Source: a virus (lineage: Duplodnaviria; Caudoviricetes). Taken from it: a stretch of DNA of 36,047 nucleotides. Where the stretch lies: the IMG/VR virus record IMGVR_UViG_3300028594_000178, positions 1 through 36,047 of that record. One strand, 5' to 3'. A program made the position numbers and the translations under genes. The notes below the pieces were generated by a model. The model was not told where the DNA came from, made no database searches, and saw only the letters and a program-made list of their open reading frames with translations. This document shows positions 18,201 through 25,301 of the stretch, one piece after another. Each line of letters begins with the position of its first letter. Within the stretch, counting starts at the first letter, position 1.

Positions 18201-19172
18201 GGTTGCTATTTCTCCGTTCCGCAACATTTCATACATCTCTTCGGAACTAACTCCCATGTGTTCCTGTACCGCTTTTGAAAATCCGGGCATACGTTGGGCT
18301 ATCATATCGAATTCGTTCCGCGTCATGCTTCCTTGGTCAATGATTCGACCAAAAATTTGCTCCATCTCTTCAAACGTTCCCGTAGAACCAGCTACAGTCC
18401 CGTCAAGAATCTGAATGTACCGCGTTAATTCATCGCCTTCTTTAACTCCTGCCGCCATCGCTGTTGCTGCTGCCGAAGTGGCTTCACCCATTGTCAGCAT
18501 GCCGCCCTCTAAGGCCTCCGCTAACTGATCGGATATTCTTTCAACGTCTTCCGCTTCATATCCTAGTCCTCTAAGTTGGGCCTGTGCAGAGTCAACGGAC
18601 TTTAAGCGATCCCAACCAAACGCGGCAACCATACCGCCCACCGCGGTCGTTACGCCTGCAACTGGGACAGTTATTGATTTAGTCAAAGTCCCACCTACAT
18701 CACGCAACTTACCCCCGAACGATTGCAAGCTGTCACCCATTTGGCTAAATGAAGTGCCTAAGCGCCCCCAACCCGATTCTGCGATTCGTTGCTCTTCTTT
18801 CATTCTTTCTAATTCTTTTGTAGCGTTTGCTAGTTGGTGTTCTAATCGGTTTAGGTTATCGGCTTGATTGTTGTACTCTCGCGCTAAGTTTTGAGCAGCA
18901 ACAGTGTTTTCTTCACCGGATCGCTTGTATTCGTCTAAATGCTTTTTTGTGTCTTGCAAATTCTTTCGTTGCTTTTCGATGTCATCATTTAGTGTTTCAA
19001 TGCCTTTTTCGTAATTTTCGATTGACTTTGTGCCAAACTTCATGTTATTTGAATTTGTTTTAATTGATGAATTCAGCGTCCTAAAACTTCGCTTGATTTC
19101 CGACATGCTTCTGTCTAAAGAAGTTGTTTCCATATCAAGCGAAATTGAAAGCCCTTTTATGCGATCTGCCAT
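15267..19172 (-). CDS. Tape measure protein with a C-terminal lytic transglycosylase domain
   Basis: 1301 aa, helical with periodic W/F residues; IQRESGGN...GLLQYIPQTF SLT motif. Confidence 0.95.
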   Translation of the reverse strand: MADRIKGLSISLDMETTSLDRSMSEIKRSFRTLNSSIKTNSNNMKFGTKSIENYEKGIETLNDDIEKQRKNLQDTKKHLDEYKRSGEENTVAAQNLAREYNNQADNLNRLEHQLANATKELERMKEEQRIAESGWGRLGTSFSQMGDSLQSFGGKLRDVGGTLTKSITVPVAGVTTAVGGMVAAFGWDRLKSVDSAQAQLRGLGYEAEDVERISDQLAEALEGGMLTMGEATSAAATAMAAGVKEGDELTRYIQILDGTVAGSTGTFEEMEQIFGRIIDQGSMTRNEFDMIAQRMPGFSKAVQEHMGVSSEEMYEMLRNGEIATDEFLDIMEDFSGDMATEYAKSWDGMVQNTKAYIGILGENLLGGVFEQSKESIAEFIELLSSEKVQEWAAETGERLGEVFSNVVESVKGAIGWFVNLEGWQQKLIGSLGGLVVAAGPVLSVAGMFFGAIGKVMSVLGPLFTKIAELSGVKKALGVVIRNLASRFSFLLGPVGIAIGVITTLAGIFVTAYKNSETFRDIVHRLKDAFLNAVEGVKEFLTTSPQIQAFIDGVKEGFQTAKDLIMEAIGAVADFFQEKISQIKSFWDSEGQSILEAFQNIFSGIWSVVEPVINWIVEAVKFAFPYIKSVIEGALKLALEIVKQIWSNIQGVINGALDVIMGLVKTFSGLFTGDFSKMWEGVKQIFSGAIEFIWNFIQLSFFGRIIRGVLGFARGFSGHISTMWQGIRDIFNRVVSWIVNFVRNSFNSMRNTVSNILTRIRNTTQTIWNAIKNYTVNPVRDAVRTVRNRFSDLRDSALNIFSRIRDGVSDRVSSMIGYVRDMPGKMKDGLKKGVSAVKDGMVSIARGMVDGLKNGVNGVIRGINWVLDKLSVDSEISLWNPANTFAWYAQGTRGGGHPGGPAVVSDGKGSNSGPELITTPDGKSFLSPNKPTLIPDMPKGTQVVPARITKQLLDIPHYADGTGWFGKALDWGKGAVKNIIDTAVEWTGNVWDYATNPGKLLDAGLSLLDIELPSLGIVGDIARGGFNYVKDAAVDYIKGMFDDFMSSVSGPTSGGASAWRPMILRAAAQMGETVSQTEVNGIIAQIQRESGGNEKITQSSAVWDINMAQGNPARGLLQYIPQTFAAYAVPGHNNIYSGYDQLLAFFNNRTWRRDLPYGTRGWGPRGGRKFGTGGLVNNEGLYHLAEEGYPEWIIPTAPNRRTDAMKLLALAAKDIQGNKRPQQLPSVGNNDNSYLEDVVDKLTQQVQLLTQLVVTNQQVATTNQVIANKPVLSEGDIKRANDKQDARQAINHSIFTGKPGGL

Positions 19173-19184
19173 TTACATACTTCA

Positions 19185-19227
19185 CCCCCATACATATAAA
19201 GTCTTGTACAGGGGCTCTAAGGCTCTC
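19185..19227 (-). promoter_or_regulatory. Putative Com target: tandem GAGnnCC motifs plus RBS-sequestering hairpin
   Basis: GAGAGCC-TTA-GAGCCCC; CCCCTGTACA can pair with TGTATGGGGG, which includes the tape measure RBS. Confidence 0.6.
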
Positions 19228-19340
19228 TAATTTTTAATTTTATTTAACTCCCCACATCTGGGGCATTTGATTTCCGCGCTACCTTTTATCCTTCCAATGA
19301 GTTTATTGCACTTAATGCAACGTACCTCTTCAAGTTTCAC
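19227..19340 (-). CDS. Mu Com-family zinc-finger protein, 37 aa (absent from the ORF track)
   Basis: MKLEEVRCIKCNKLIGRIKGSAEIKCPRCGELNKIKN; RBS AAGGTGG, GTG start. Confidence 0.85.
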   Translation of the reverse strand: MKLEEVRCIKCNKLIGRIKGSAEIKCPRCGELNKIKN

Positions 19341-19358
19341 TGAACCACCACCTTGTGG

Positions 19359-19903
19359 TTAACCCAACAAATCAAAGAATGAATTAGAATGTTCTACTTT
19401 TTTGTTTCGTTCATTTAAAATGTCCACTATATAGCTGTAAGGCATATTCATAACCTCGCTAACCGGCATACCGTCTTTTACTAAATCTTGGACGAGTTTA
19501 TCAAGATACTCTTTTTGCTTCTCGAAAGAAAAATCCTCGTCCGTTAATTTTTCTTCGCCAGGAAGTTTTTTGTTGCTTGGGATTGTTGCCCTTGTGCAAC
19601 AAATAGGATTTGCTCTTGAATTACTGGGATAGCACTTGGTGCATGAAGTCCGTTGTATAGTTCGTCTTTCGTGAATTGACCGCCATACAAATCGGTCACA
19701 AAGTCAGCGAGTTTATCCATGGATTCAGCCACGTTTTCTGTTTCTCCCTTTTCTAATTCAGCAGCTAATTCCATAGCCTCACGCACCTTAGTAAAAGGAA
19801 TAAATGCAGGTGTCCAATATTTTTTAACTTCCGGTTCTCCACCTTCCGCTACTTCCTGTGGGTTAACAACCAATTCGATCATGTTTCGTTTTAATTCCGC
19901 CAT
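19359..19903 (-). CDS. Tail assembly chaperone, long form via -1 frameshift (lambda gpGT-like)
   Basis: Slippery A-AAA-AAC at 19571-19565; the -1 frame is open to TAA at 19359 (LPGEEKLTDEDFSFEKQKEYLDKL...FFDLLG). Confidence 0.8.
19544..19903 (-). CDS. Tail assembly chaperone, short form (gpG-like)
   Basis: Between tail tube and tape measure genes; LYGGQFTKDELYNGL motif. Confidence 0.85.
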   Translation of the reverse strand: MAELKRNMIELVVNPQEVAEGGEPEVKKYWTPAFIPFTKVREAMELAAELEKGETENVAESMDKLADFVTDLYGGQFTKDELYNGLHAPSAIPVIQEQILFVAQGQQSQATKNFLAKKN

Positions 19904-19920
19904 TTTTCATACCTCCATAT

Positions 19921-19950
19921 AAATAAAAAGAGCAAGAATTAATCCTGCTC
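19921..19950 (-). terminator. Terminator after the major tail gene and its +1 extension
   Basis: GAGCAGGA-loop-TCTTGCTC followed by TTTTTATTT. Confidence 0.7.
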
Positions 19951-19958
19951 CGTATTTG

Positions 19959-20025
19959 TTAATCCCAAATCAATTTAACCGACGTTTCACTAACACCCGC
20001 CCTTAGATTGGCGGGTTTATTAGGG
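19959..20025 (-). CDS. +1 frameshift extension of the major tail protein (Fn3 strands A-B only)
   Basis: CCC-TAA at 20025-20020; the +1 frame reads PNKPANLRAGVSETSVKLIWD-stop. Confidence 0.75.
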
Positions 20026-20625
20026 AGTTTCCGGAGTCCCTTCGCCCGGATAAGTAGTTCCGAAAATAGCTTGGAATAATGCGTCACGTTGAGTTGTTTC
20101 GCCTGCTGGATCGTAAGCAATTAAATAAGTGATTTCTTCGTCTACGCCTTCGATTTTGCGCGGCATAAACTCTCCTGCTGTTTCATTTCCTGTAAACTCG
20201 ATAGACTCACCTTTTGTTTGACCTTCTGTAGTTGCAAGAGTAAAAATTCCTTTAGCAAACCCTAACCATTCTGTTCCACCATCTTCTGCTGTGCGAGCAA
20301 ACACACATGCGACATAAGGAGGGTTCGGCTCAGAAGAAAGTCCATACATGCCATTCACTTCTGTGTATCCGTAAAGTTTAGCCCGATCCTCAATAGGGAT
20401 TTTGTGGAAGGTAGTTGTTAATGTCGTTACATCAGTCGAAACAGCCATTTCTGCCACTGTGTTATCCCCATACGCTTTAGCGATTTCTTGTGGCGTTTCA
20501 ATAGAAATGTTTTGCAAAAATTCGATTCGTTCCGGTGCAGTTTCAACAATTCCTGTTTCTGTATCGCCTAACGCTCCATAGTAAAACTCTTTTAGCCCAG
20601 TAAATGATCTGTAGTTTTTAGCCAT
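20020..20625 (-). CDS. Major tail (tube) protein, phi13-like family
   Basis: TGLKEFYY, YGDN..AE, PPYVACVF, GF.KG.F motifs; position in the tail module. Confidence 0.9.
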   Translation of the reverse strand: MAKNYRSFTGLKEFYYGALGDTETGIVETAPERIEFLQNISIETPQEIAKAYGDNTVAEMAVSTDVTTLTTTFHKIPIEDRAKLYGYTEVNGMYGLSSEPNPPYVACVFARTAEDGGTEWLGFAKGIFTLATTEGQTKGESIEFTGNETAGEFMPRKIEGVDEEITYLIAYDPAGETTQRDALFQAIFGTTYPGEGTPETP

Positions 20626-20668
20626 TACTTAATCACTCCTATTATTTTAGTAATAAAAAAAGACAGCC

Positions 20669-21055
20669 TTATAAGCTGCCTAAATCTGTTCTATATGCTT
20701 TTCCTCGGTATCTGCGAGCATCACGGAAGATGTTGTAATCTTTGTCCCATTCATCTATACCGCCTGATTGTCTAAAACCTAAATCCCACATAATCATACG
20801 AATCCTGTCTGCCAAACCCTTGGTTACAATACGGTTGTTCGACCAAACTTCTATTTGGTACAAATAATCATCTGTGAGCCACGTGTCATCTGCGAAATCA
20901 GCAGCCGTTGGCGTGTCTAATGGATCAATAATGATATGTGGTTCAGTTAAGTTATCTGTTGGCGGATATTCATAATATTTAATCCTTCCGTATGCCTTTT
21001 CTACGATGTAATTGTCATCCATCATTGCATTATAAATTCTAGTCATCATATCCAT
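20669..21055 (-). CDS. Tail terminator/completion protein
   Basis: Synteny; YQIEVWS and DARRYRG motifs. Confidence 0.75.
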   Translation of the reverse strand: MDMMTRIYNAMMDDNYIVEKAYGRIKYYEYPPTDNLTEPHIIIDPLDTPTAADFADDTWLTDDYLYQIEVWSNNRIVTKGLADRIRMIMWDLGFRQSGGIDEWDKDYNIFRDARRYRGKAYRTDLGSL

Positions 21056-21448
21056 TTAAATCGACCTTCCCAACGATCTGCGGATTGCATCTCTATATGC
21101 TTTTTCTGAACTTTTTAGCGCTCTAGCAATCGCCCCTTTACCTCTAGGGTTCGGGTTTTTAACTGTTCCCCATTCGTTTAGATGGATAATCCGATAACGA
21201 TTCTTTGGACCTTTCCAGTGCACCCTAACCGTTCTGACACCATCCATCCAAAATGGTTCAGAAATTGTGATTTCTTCAATAGATGCCCCAGTATCCCTAA
21301 AGGTTTTAAATTGTTGCTTCAATTCTTTTACAAACACTTTCGCGCCCGCAGTTATTGCGGCATCAACTTTATGTTTCATAACAGTTGGACCTAATCGGCG
21401 TTCCAAATCCGCCATTAATTGCTTCTGTCCTCTGACATCTACCTTCAT
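21056..21448 (-). CDS. HK97 gp10-like neck protein
   Basis: DTGAS..EI, RYRIIHLNEWG motifs; synteny. Confidence 0.75.
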   Translation of the reverse strand: MKVDVRGQKQLMADLERRLGPTVMKHKVDAAITAGAKVFVKELKQQFKTFRDTGASIEEITISEPFWMDGVRTVRVHWKGPKNRYRIIHLNEWGTVKNPNPRGKGAIARALKSSEKAYRDAIRRSLGRSI

Positions 21449-21801
21449 GTGGACGCCTCCGCGACTATCTTAATGAAACGCTTGTCTTTGATGTCGGGAT
21501 GTACTTTTTTTATGTTGAATCGGATATACTCACCTTTTTCATCCTTGTACACATCATCCAATACTGACATATAGTGTTTATCCCTAGGCGTGAATTCCCC
21601 ACGGGTATCTCTGATTCGAACAGTGACAGAATGAAACGTTCCGGTGGTGCTTAAAACCTCTAAATCCTTCATAGACGGCTCATAAACTTCTGCCCAGCAC
21701 TCCCACAACTTAGCCTTTTCCACTTCTCCTGGCTCCGGACCGGGTCTTGGTGCATACTCAAAGAACTCCACCCTAGAATTTAACTCTCCCGCACTATTCA
21801 T
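21445..21801 (-). CDS. Head closure (head-tail adaptor) protein
   Basis: GELNSRVEF, CWAEV, IRD motifs; synteny. Confidence 0.8.
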   Translation of the reverse strand: MNSAGELNSRVEFFEYAPRPGPEPGEVEKAKLWECWAEVYEPSMKDLEVLSTTGTFHSVTVRIRDTRGEFTPRDKHYMSVLDDVYKDEKGEYIRFNIKKVHPDIKDKRFIKIVAEAST

Positions 21802-22078
21802 CTTTGTTCACCGCCGGATAATCCTTTAATTTCAGGATTAGAGACTGGATAATACTTTTGTTATCGCCAAGAACCCCGCGTCCTTCGTAGTTTTGGGATA
21901 CAATAGCCTTTACTGCCAATTCATACAAGGGATAATCCTCTTGTGCTTCTGCTCTTTCTGATACACCGGAAGCCCTTAATTCCGAAACGGCAGCGTCAAC
22001 CAGAGATTGGATGACATCGTCCTCAAACGAGCCATCCACTCTGATAAACTTTTTTACTTCTTCTAATGTGATAGACAT
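21794..22078 (-). CDS. Head-tail connector (HK97 gp6 / SPP1 gp15-like)
   Basis: LEEVKKFIRVD..EDD.I..L..AA, Y..R and ILKLK pattern. Confidence 0.88.
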   Translation of the reverse strand: MSITLEEVKKFIRVDGSFEDDVIQSLVDAAVSELRASGVSERAEAQEDYPLYELAVKAIVSQNYEGRGVLGDNKSIIQSLILKLKDYPAVNKDE

Positions 22079-22185
22079 TAATCTTCACCTTCTGCAGAAT
22101 CAATAAGGAGACCAAGCATGTTATCGTCATGGTCTCCATCAATTCTTAAATATTCCTTTGACATTTCAAGCAAATCATCCATCAT
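22078..22185 (-). pseudogene. Truncated second head-tail connector (N-terminal ~35 aa)
   Basis: MMDDLLEMSKEYLRIDGDHDDNMLGLLIDSAEGED-stop parallels the N-terminus of the intact connector. Confidence 0.7.
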
Positions 22186-23057
22186 TGATTCACCTTCTTT
22201 ATCGCTTCAACATACTTACTAGACACTTTGTTTTTGTTAACAAACGAAAAATCGTCATTAAAAGGTGACTTTTTTACATATTTGCCTTTAAAAAACAAAT
22301 CCTTATCATTTTCAGTTACTCCTGCATTGTGCATGATTTTAGTTTTGTTCCAACGCTCGATCGGATCTGTTGCCCAACAAAAATCCAATTCATCAACTAC
22401 TTTAGGACCAATATTGAAATATATCATATTCCAAAGTTGCGCCCACATTTCTGCTGTCCATTTTTGGATATTTGAGTCTAGGTCTTTAAAGTAGTTATAT
22501 AGCTTATTAGAGTCCTCATAAACTTTTTTCCAGTATTCAGCAGTTGGATTTTTGATAAGCCATTGAGCACCACCCGAATTATGATTGATTGTTTCTAGCG
22601 ATTCAACTGTAACCCCAACAATAATAGCCATATCACGCAACACTTGCTCACCATTCGTGCAATTACGGATATAATCAAGATTTAAATAGCCGTTACAGTC
22701 ACTGCAATACCACACATCATTTCTAACAGGCAACCTACGGAAATCTAACTTTTTACGGAAAATGACATCTGAATCCATATAAAAGTACTTGCCCTTTTGT
22801 CTTGATGGATCTTCTTTTAGGTACTGCCACCACAAATAAGGCTTAATACTCGGTATATACGACTTATCTTCTCGTAAATCCTCATACACATGCGTTTCTA
22901 CACCGTATTTATCCTCAAAATACTTAGGAATAGCATCGTCCCACTTTTGAAAAAGCAGAACGATGTTTTTTATCCCATGTGATTTTAAATTAGTTAAGCA
23001 CACGTCCAATTCCCACTTAAACCGATTAGTAGATGGTTGACATAGTACATATTTCAT
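22182..23057 (-). CDS. Putative GT-A glycosyltransferase
   Basis: DxD in YFYMDSDVIF, GGAQW, KWTAEMWA and IMHNAG motifs. Confidence 0.75.
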   Translation of the reverse strand: MKYVLCQPSTNRFKWELDVCLTNLKSHGIKNIVLLFQKWDDAIPKYFEDKYGVETHVYEDLREDKSYIPSIKPYLWWQYLKEDPSRQKGKYFYMDSDVIFRKKLDFRRLPVRNDVWYCSDCNGYLNLDYIRNCTNGEQVLRDMAIIVGVTVESLETINHNSGGAQWLIKNPTAEYWKKVYEDSNKLYNYFKDLDSNIQKWTAEMWAQLWNMIYFNIGPKVVDELDFCWATDPIERWNKTKIMHNAGVTENDKDLFFKGKYVKKSPFNDDFSFVNKNKVSSKYVEAIKKVNQ

Positions 23058-23060
23058 ACG

Positions 23061-23312
23061 TTAGTCCTCACTACTTGTTGTAGTAGTGGTGGTTGTAGGT
23101 GCCGCCGTAGTCGTTGTTGTCGTTGTTGTCGTTGTTGTTGCTTTAGTTTTTACAACCAACTCGTCGCTTAACTCTGACTCACCGTACTCATTTACAGCGC
23201 TAACTTGATACTCATATGTCGTGTCGGATTCAAGCCCTGTATCTGTATATTCTTTTTCTTCAATATCACTAGCAACTTGCTTTCCGTTCCTGTAGATGTT
23301 ATAAGTTACCAA
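23061..23312 (-). CDS. Partial Fn3 protein (strands C-G) with a poly-Thr tail
   Basis: YNIYRNG...YTDTGLESDTTYEYQVSAVN..GES followed by T11-AAP-T7-SSED; own RBS GAAAGGAG 7 nt before TTG. Confidence 0.85.
   Translation of the reverse strand: MVTYNIYRNGKQVASDIEEKEYTDTGLESDTTYEYQVSAVNEYGESELSDELVVKTKATTTTTTTTTTTAAPTTTTTTTSSED
23076..23138 (-). repeat. ACN codon repeat encoding Thr tracts, including (ACAACAACG)x3
   Basis: Read directly from the sequence. Confidence 0.9.
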
Positions 23313-23351
23313 AAAAATTCTCCTTTCTTTATTACTAGCCCTGTTTAAAGG

Positions 23352-23421
23352 CTAGTCCCACGTCAACGTGATAGATGTTTCTGTGGTATCACTAGCCTCT
23401 AAATTTACGGGCTGGTTAGGG
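23352..23421 (-). CDS. +1 frameshift extension of the major capsid protein (Fn3 strands A-B only)
   Basis: GAGGAG-ACA-CCC-TAA; the +1 frame reads PNQPVNLEASDTTETSITLTWD-stop. Confidence 0.8.
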
Positions 23422-24561
23422 TGTCTCCTCATCTACTTCAACGATACGGAACGGGCTGTCCAGGTAGCGTTTTTGGTCATACCAGGCTGTCAGTACGAAC
23501 AAGTAGTTACCTGTGTCTACGTCTTTGTCGGAATCATAGACAATTTGGTCATAGTTGATACGGAAGTAATTAAAGTTTCCGACAATCGGATTAACTGCAT
23601 CATCAGCAAATGTTACAGGCTTTCCTAAAACTTGTTCAGGTTGTGCACTGTAAAAGTCTCGGTTCGTGTTTGCTAATACCTCAATAATGCCCATGTAATC
23701 AGCATAAGTCATTAAGATTTCTGCTCCATCACGGAAATCTTCATGTAAATCAGCAATAGCGGCTTTAATAGCTTTGTATAAATCCTCACCTTGAACTCGT
23801 TTAACGTCTGTTCCGTTATAGAAAGACATATGCTCTAATCCCACTTTTGGAGTTTCGGCTAGTGCATCTTTCTTTTCTTTAGCAGCAAGTCCAGAACGTA
23901 AAGCATTATCTACATAGTTGACTAGTTCTAAGTCAGTTCCGTAGATAACTGTATCAGGAATAACTACCTTAACTTTGAACTTGTTGCGTCCGAACTGTAC
24001 AGTGTCACCTGTTAATTCGATCTCTTTTGCTGTCTCGTTGTCACCGATGAAATCATCATCGTCCAGTTGATAAGAAATTTTAGGCATTTCAAGTCCTTTA
24101 ATGTTGGAGATGCTCGCTAGTTCTCTCAGTTGATTTTTAGCAAACGGTTCATGAACAATGTCTTTTGTCATTGTTTTTGGTAGTAATTTATCTCCACCAG
24201 ATGGGTCTCCTTCTGGAATAGCAATTAACTGTTTAACCTCATTTGAAGGTTGTCTCTTTTCGATAGCAGCACGGATAAATTCAGCTTTAGCTTTCACTGC
24301 TTTTTGTTCTGTGTTCAATCCATCAAAACCTACATCTTTCTTCTGTTGGAATTGTTCCTTTTGCTCAGCCTCCATATTGTCATGCTGCTCCTTAATCACG
24401 TCAAAACGTGCTTGCAAATCTTTTTTAGACTGTTGTAACTTTTGGATATCCTCCATAGATGCAGATGGATCAATTGCTGTTTGTCCTAGTTCTGCCTCAA
24501 CTTTTTGTAATTGTTGTCCGATCGTAGACATGTTTTGTTTTAATTCATAAAGTGTATTCAT
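23416..24561 (-). CDS. Major capsid protein, HK97 fold, with N-terminal coiled-coil delta domain
   Basis: Follows the prohead protease; GGDKLLP, NQLRE and VLGKPV.F motifs. Confidence 0.93.
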   Translation of the reverse strand: MNTLYELKQNMSTIGQQLQKVEAELGQTAIDPSASMEDIQKLQQSKKDLQARFDVIKEQHDNMEAEQKEQFQQKKDVGFDGLNTEQKAVKAKAEFIRAAIEKRQPSNEVKQLIAIPEGDPSGGDKLLPKTMTKDIVHEPFAKNQLRELASISNIKGLEMPKISYQLDDDDFIGDNETAKEIELTGDTVQFGRNKFKVKVVIPDTVIYGTDLELVNYVDNALRSGLAAKEKKDALAETPKVGLEHMSFYNGTDVKRVQGEDLYKAIKAAIADLHEDFRDGAEILMTYADYMGIIEVLANTNRDFYSAQPEQVLGKPVTFADDAVNPIVGNFNYFRINYDQIVYDSDKDVDTGNYLFVLTAWYDQKRYLDSPFRIVEVDEETP

Positions 24562-25301
24562 TAATAAATTCCTCCTAAAATTTGTTCCCTTAATTTGATA
24601 TTTGATTCAGCTTGTTCAGCTATTTTCTTTCGTTCTGCCATTTCCGTAGCAGATATAATTTGTTTTTGTTCTATTAATTGGCTGGGCACATTCTTATAGC
24701 GTTCTAAATACTTATCGCTAATTGATGCCGCCATGTCATTAGACTCTAATACAACATCACATAACCCATATTCATATGCTTCATCAGCGCTTAGCCAAGT
24801 TTCGGCATCTAACATTTCTTGCAACTTTTCATCCGATAACTTTTCACCTGCCTTTTGCAAGTATGATTGTTTGCTAGAATTACCTATACGGTCTAAGTCA
24901 TCAGCTTGTTTACGGAAATCAGATGCATTACCAATAGCTATTGTCCATGGATTATGAATCATGAGCATTGAATTTTTAGGCATATGAATCTTGTCAGCTG
25001 CCATAATAATTACACTTGCAATTGATGCAGCTAAAGCATCCACATGCGCGTTTACCTTTGCTTTGTGACGTTTCAGCATATTATGAATGGTAATCCCTTC
25101 AAATACACTTCCTCCTGGTGAATTGACGTATAAATTGATAGTGGAAACATCGCCTAGTTCGTCTAATTCCTTTTTGAAACTAGATGCCGTTGTGTCTGAT
25201 TCGTCCCACTCATAACTAGAAATCTCGCCATAAATAAAAATATCCGCCGTATCATCAGCAGACATTTTCATTTCCCAAAATTTATTTTGTTTTCCTTTCA
25301 C
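24561..25301 (-). CDS. ClpP-type prohead maturation protease
   Basis: NSPGGSVFEG, AASIAS, MIHNPW, ETWLSADEA. Confidence 0.95.
   Translation of the reverse strand: MKGKQNKFWEMKMSADDTADIFIYGEISSYEWDESDTTASSFKKELDELGDVSTINLYVNSPGGSVFEGITIHNMLKRHKAKVNAHVDALAASIASVIIMAADKIHMPKNSMLMIHNPWTIAIGNASDFRKQADDLDRIGNSSKQSYLQKAGEKLSDEKLQEMLDAETWLSADEAYEYGLCDVVLESNDMAASISDKYLERYKNVPSQLIEQKQIISATEMAERKKIAEQAESNIKLREQILGGIY

Noticed and set aside
16525-19230. Plus-strand ORFs within the tape measure gene, and similar antisense ORFs elsewhere in the track
   Set aside because: They are shadows of long genes on the opposite strand, with no RBS or recognisable motifs.
19565-19571. -1 frameshift in the tail chaperone as a novelty
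   Set aside because: Well supported, but it is the standard lambda G/GT mechanism, so it is listed as a feature only.
23313-23357. T4 gene 60-style ribosomal bypass fusing the capsid extension to the Fn3 remainder
   Set aside because: The stop is in a hairpin, but there is no matching GAC landing codon in the gap and the downstream ORF has its own strong RBS. Not formally excluded.
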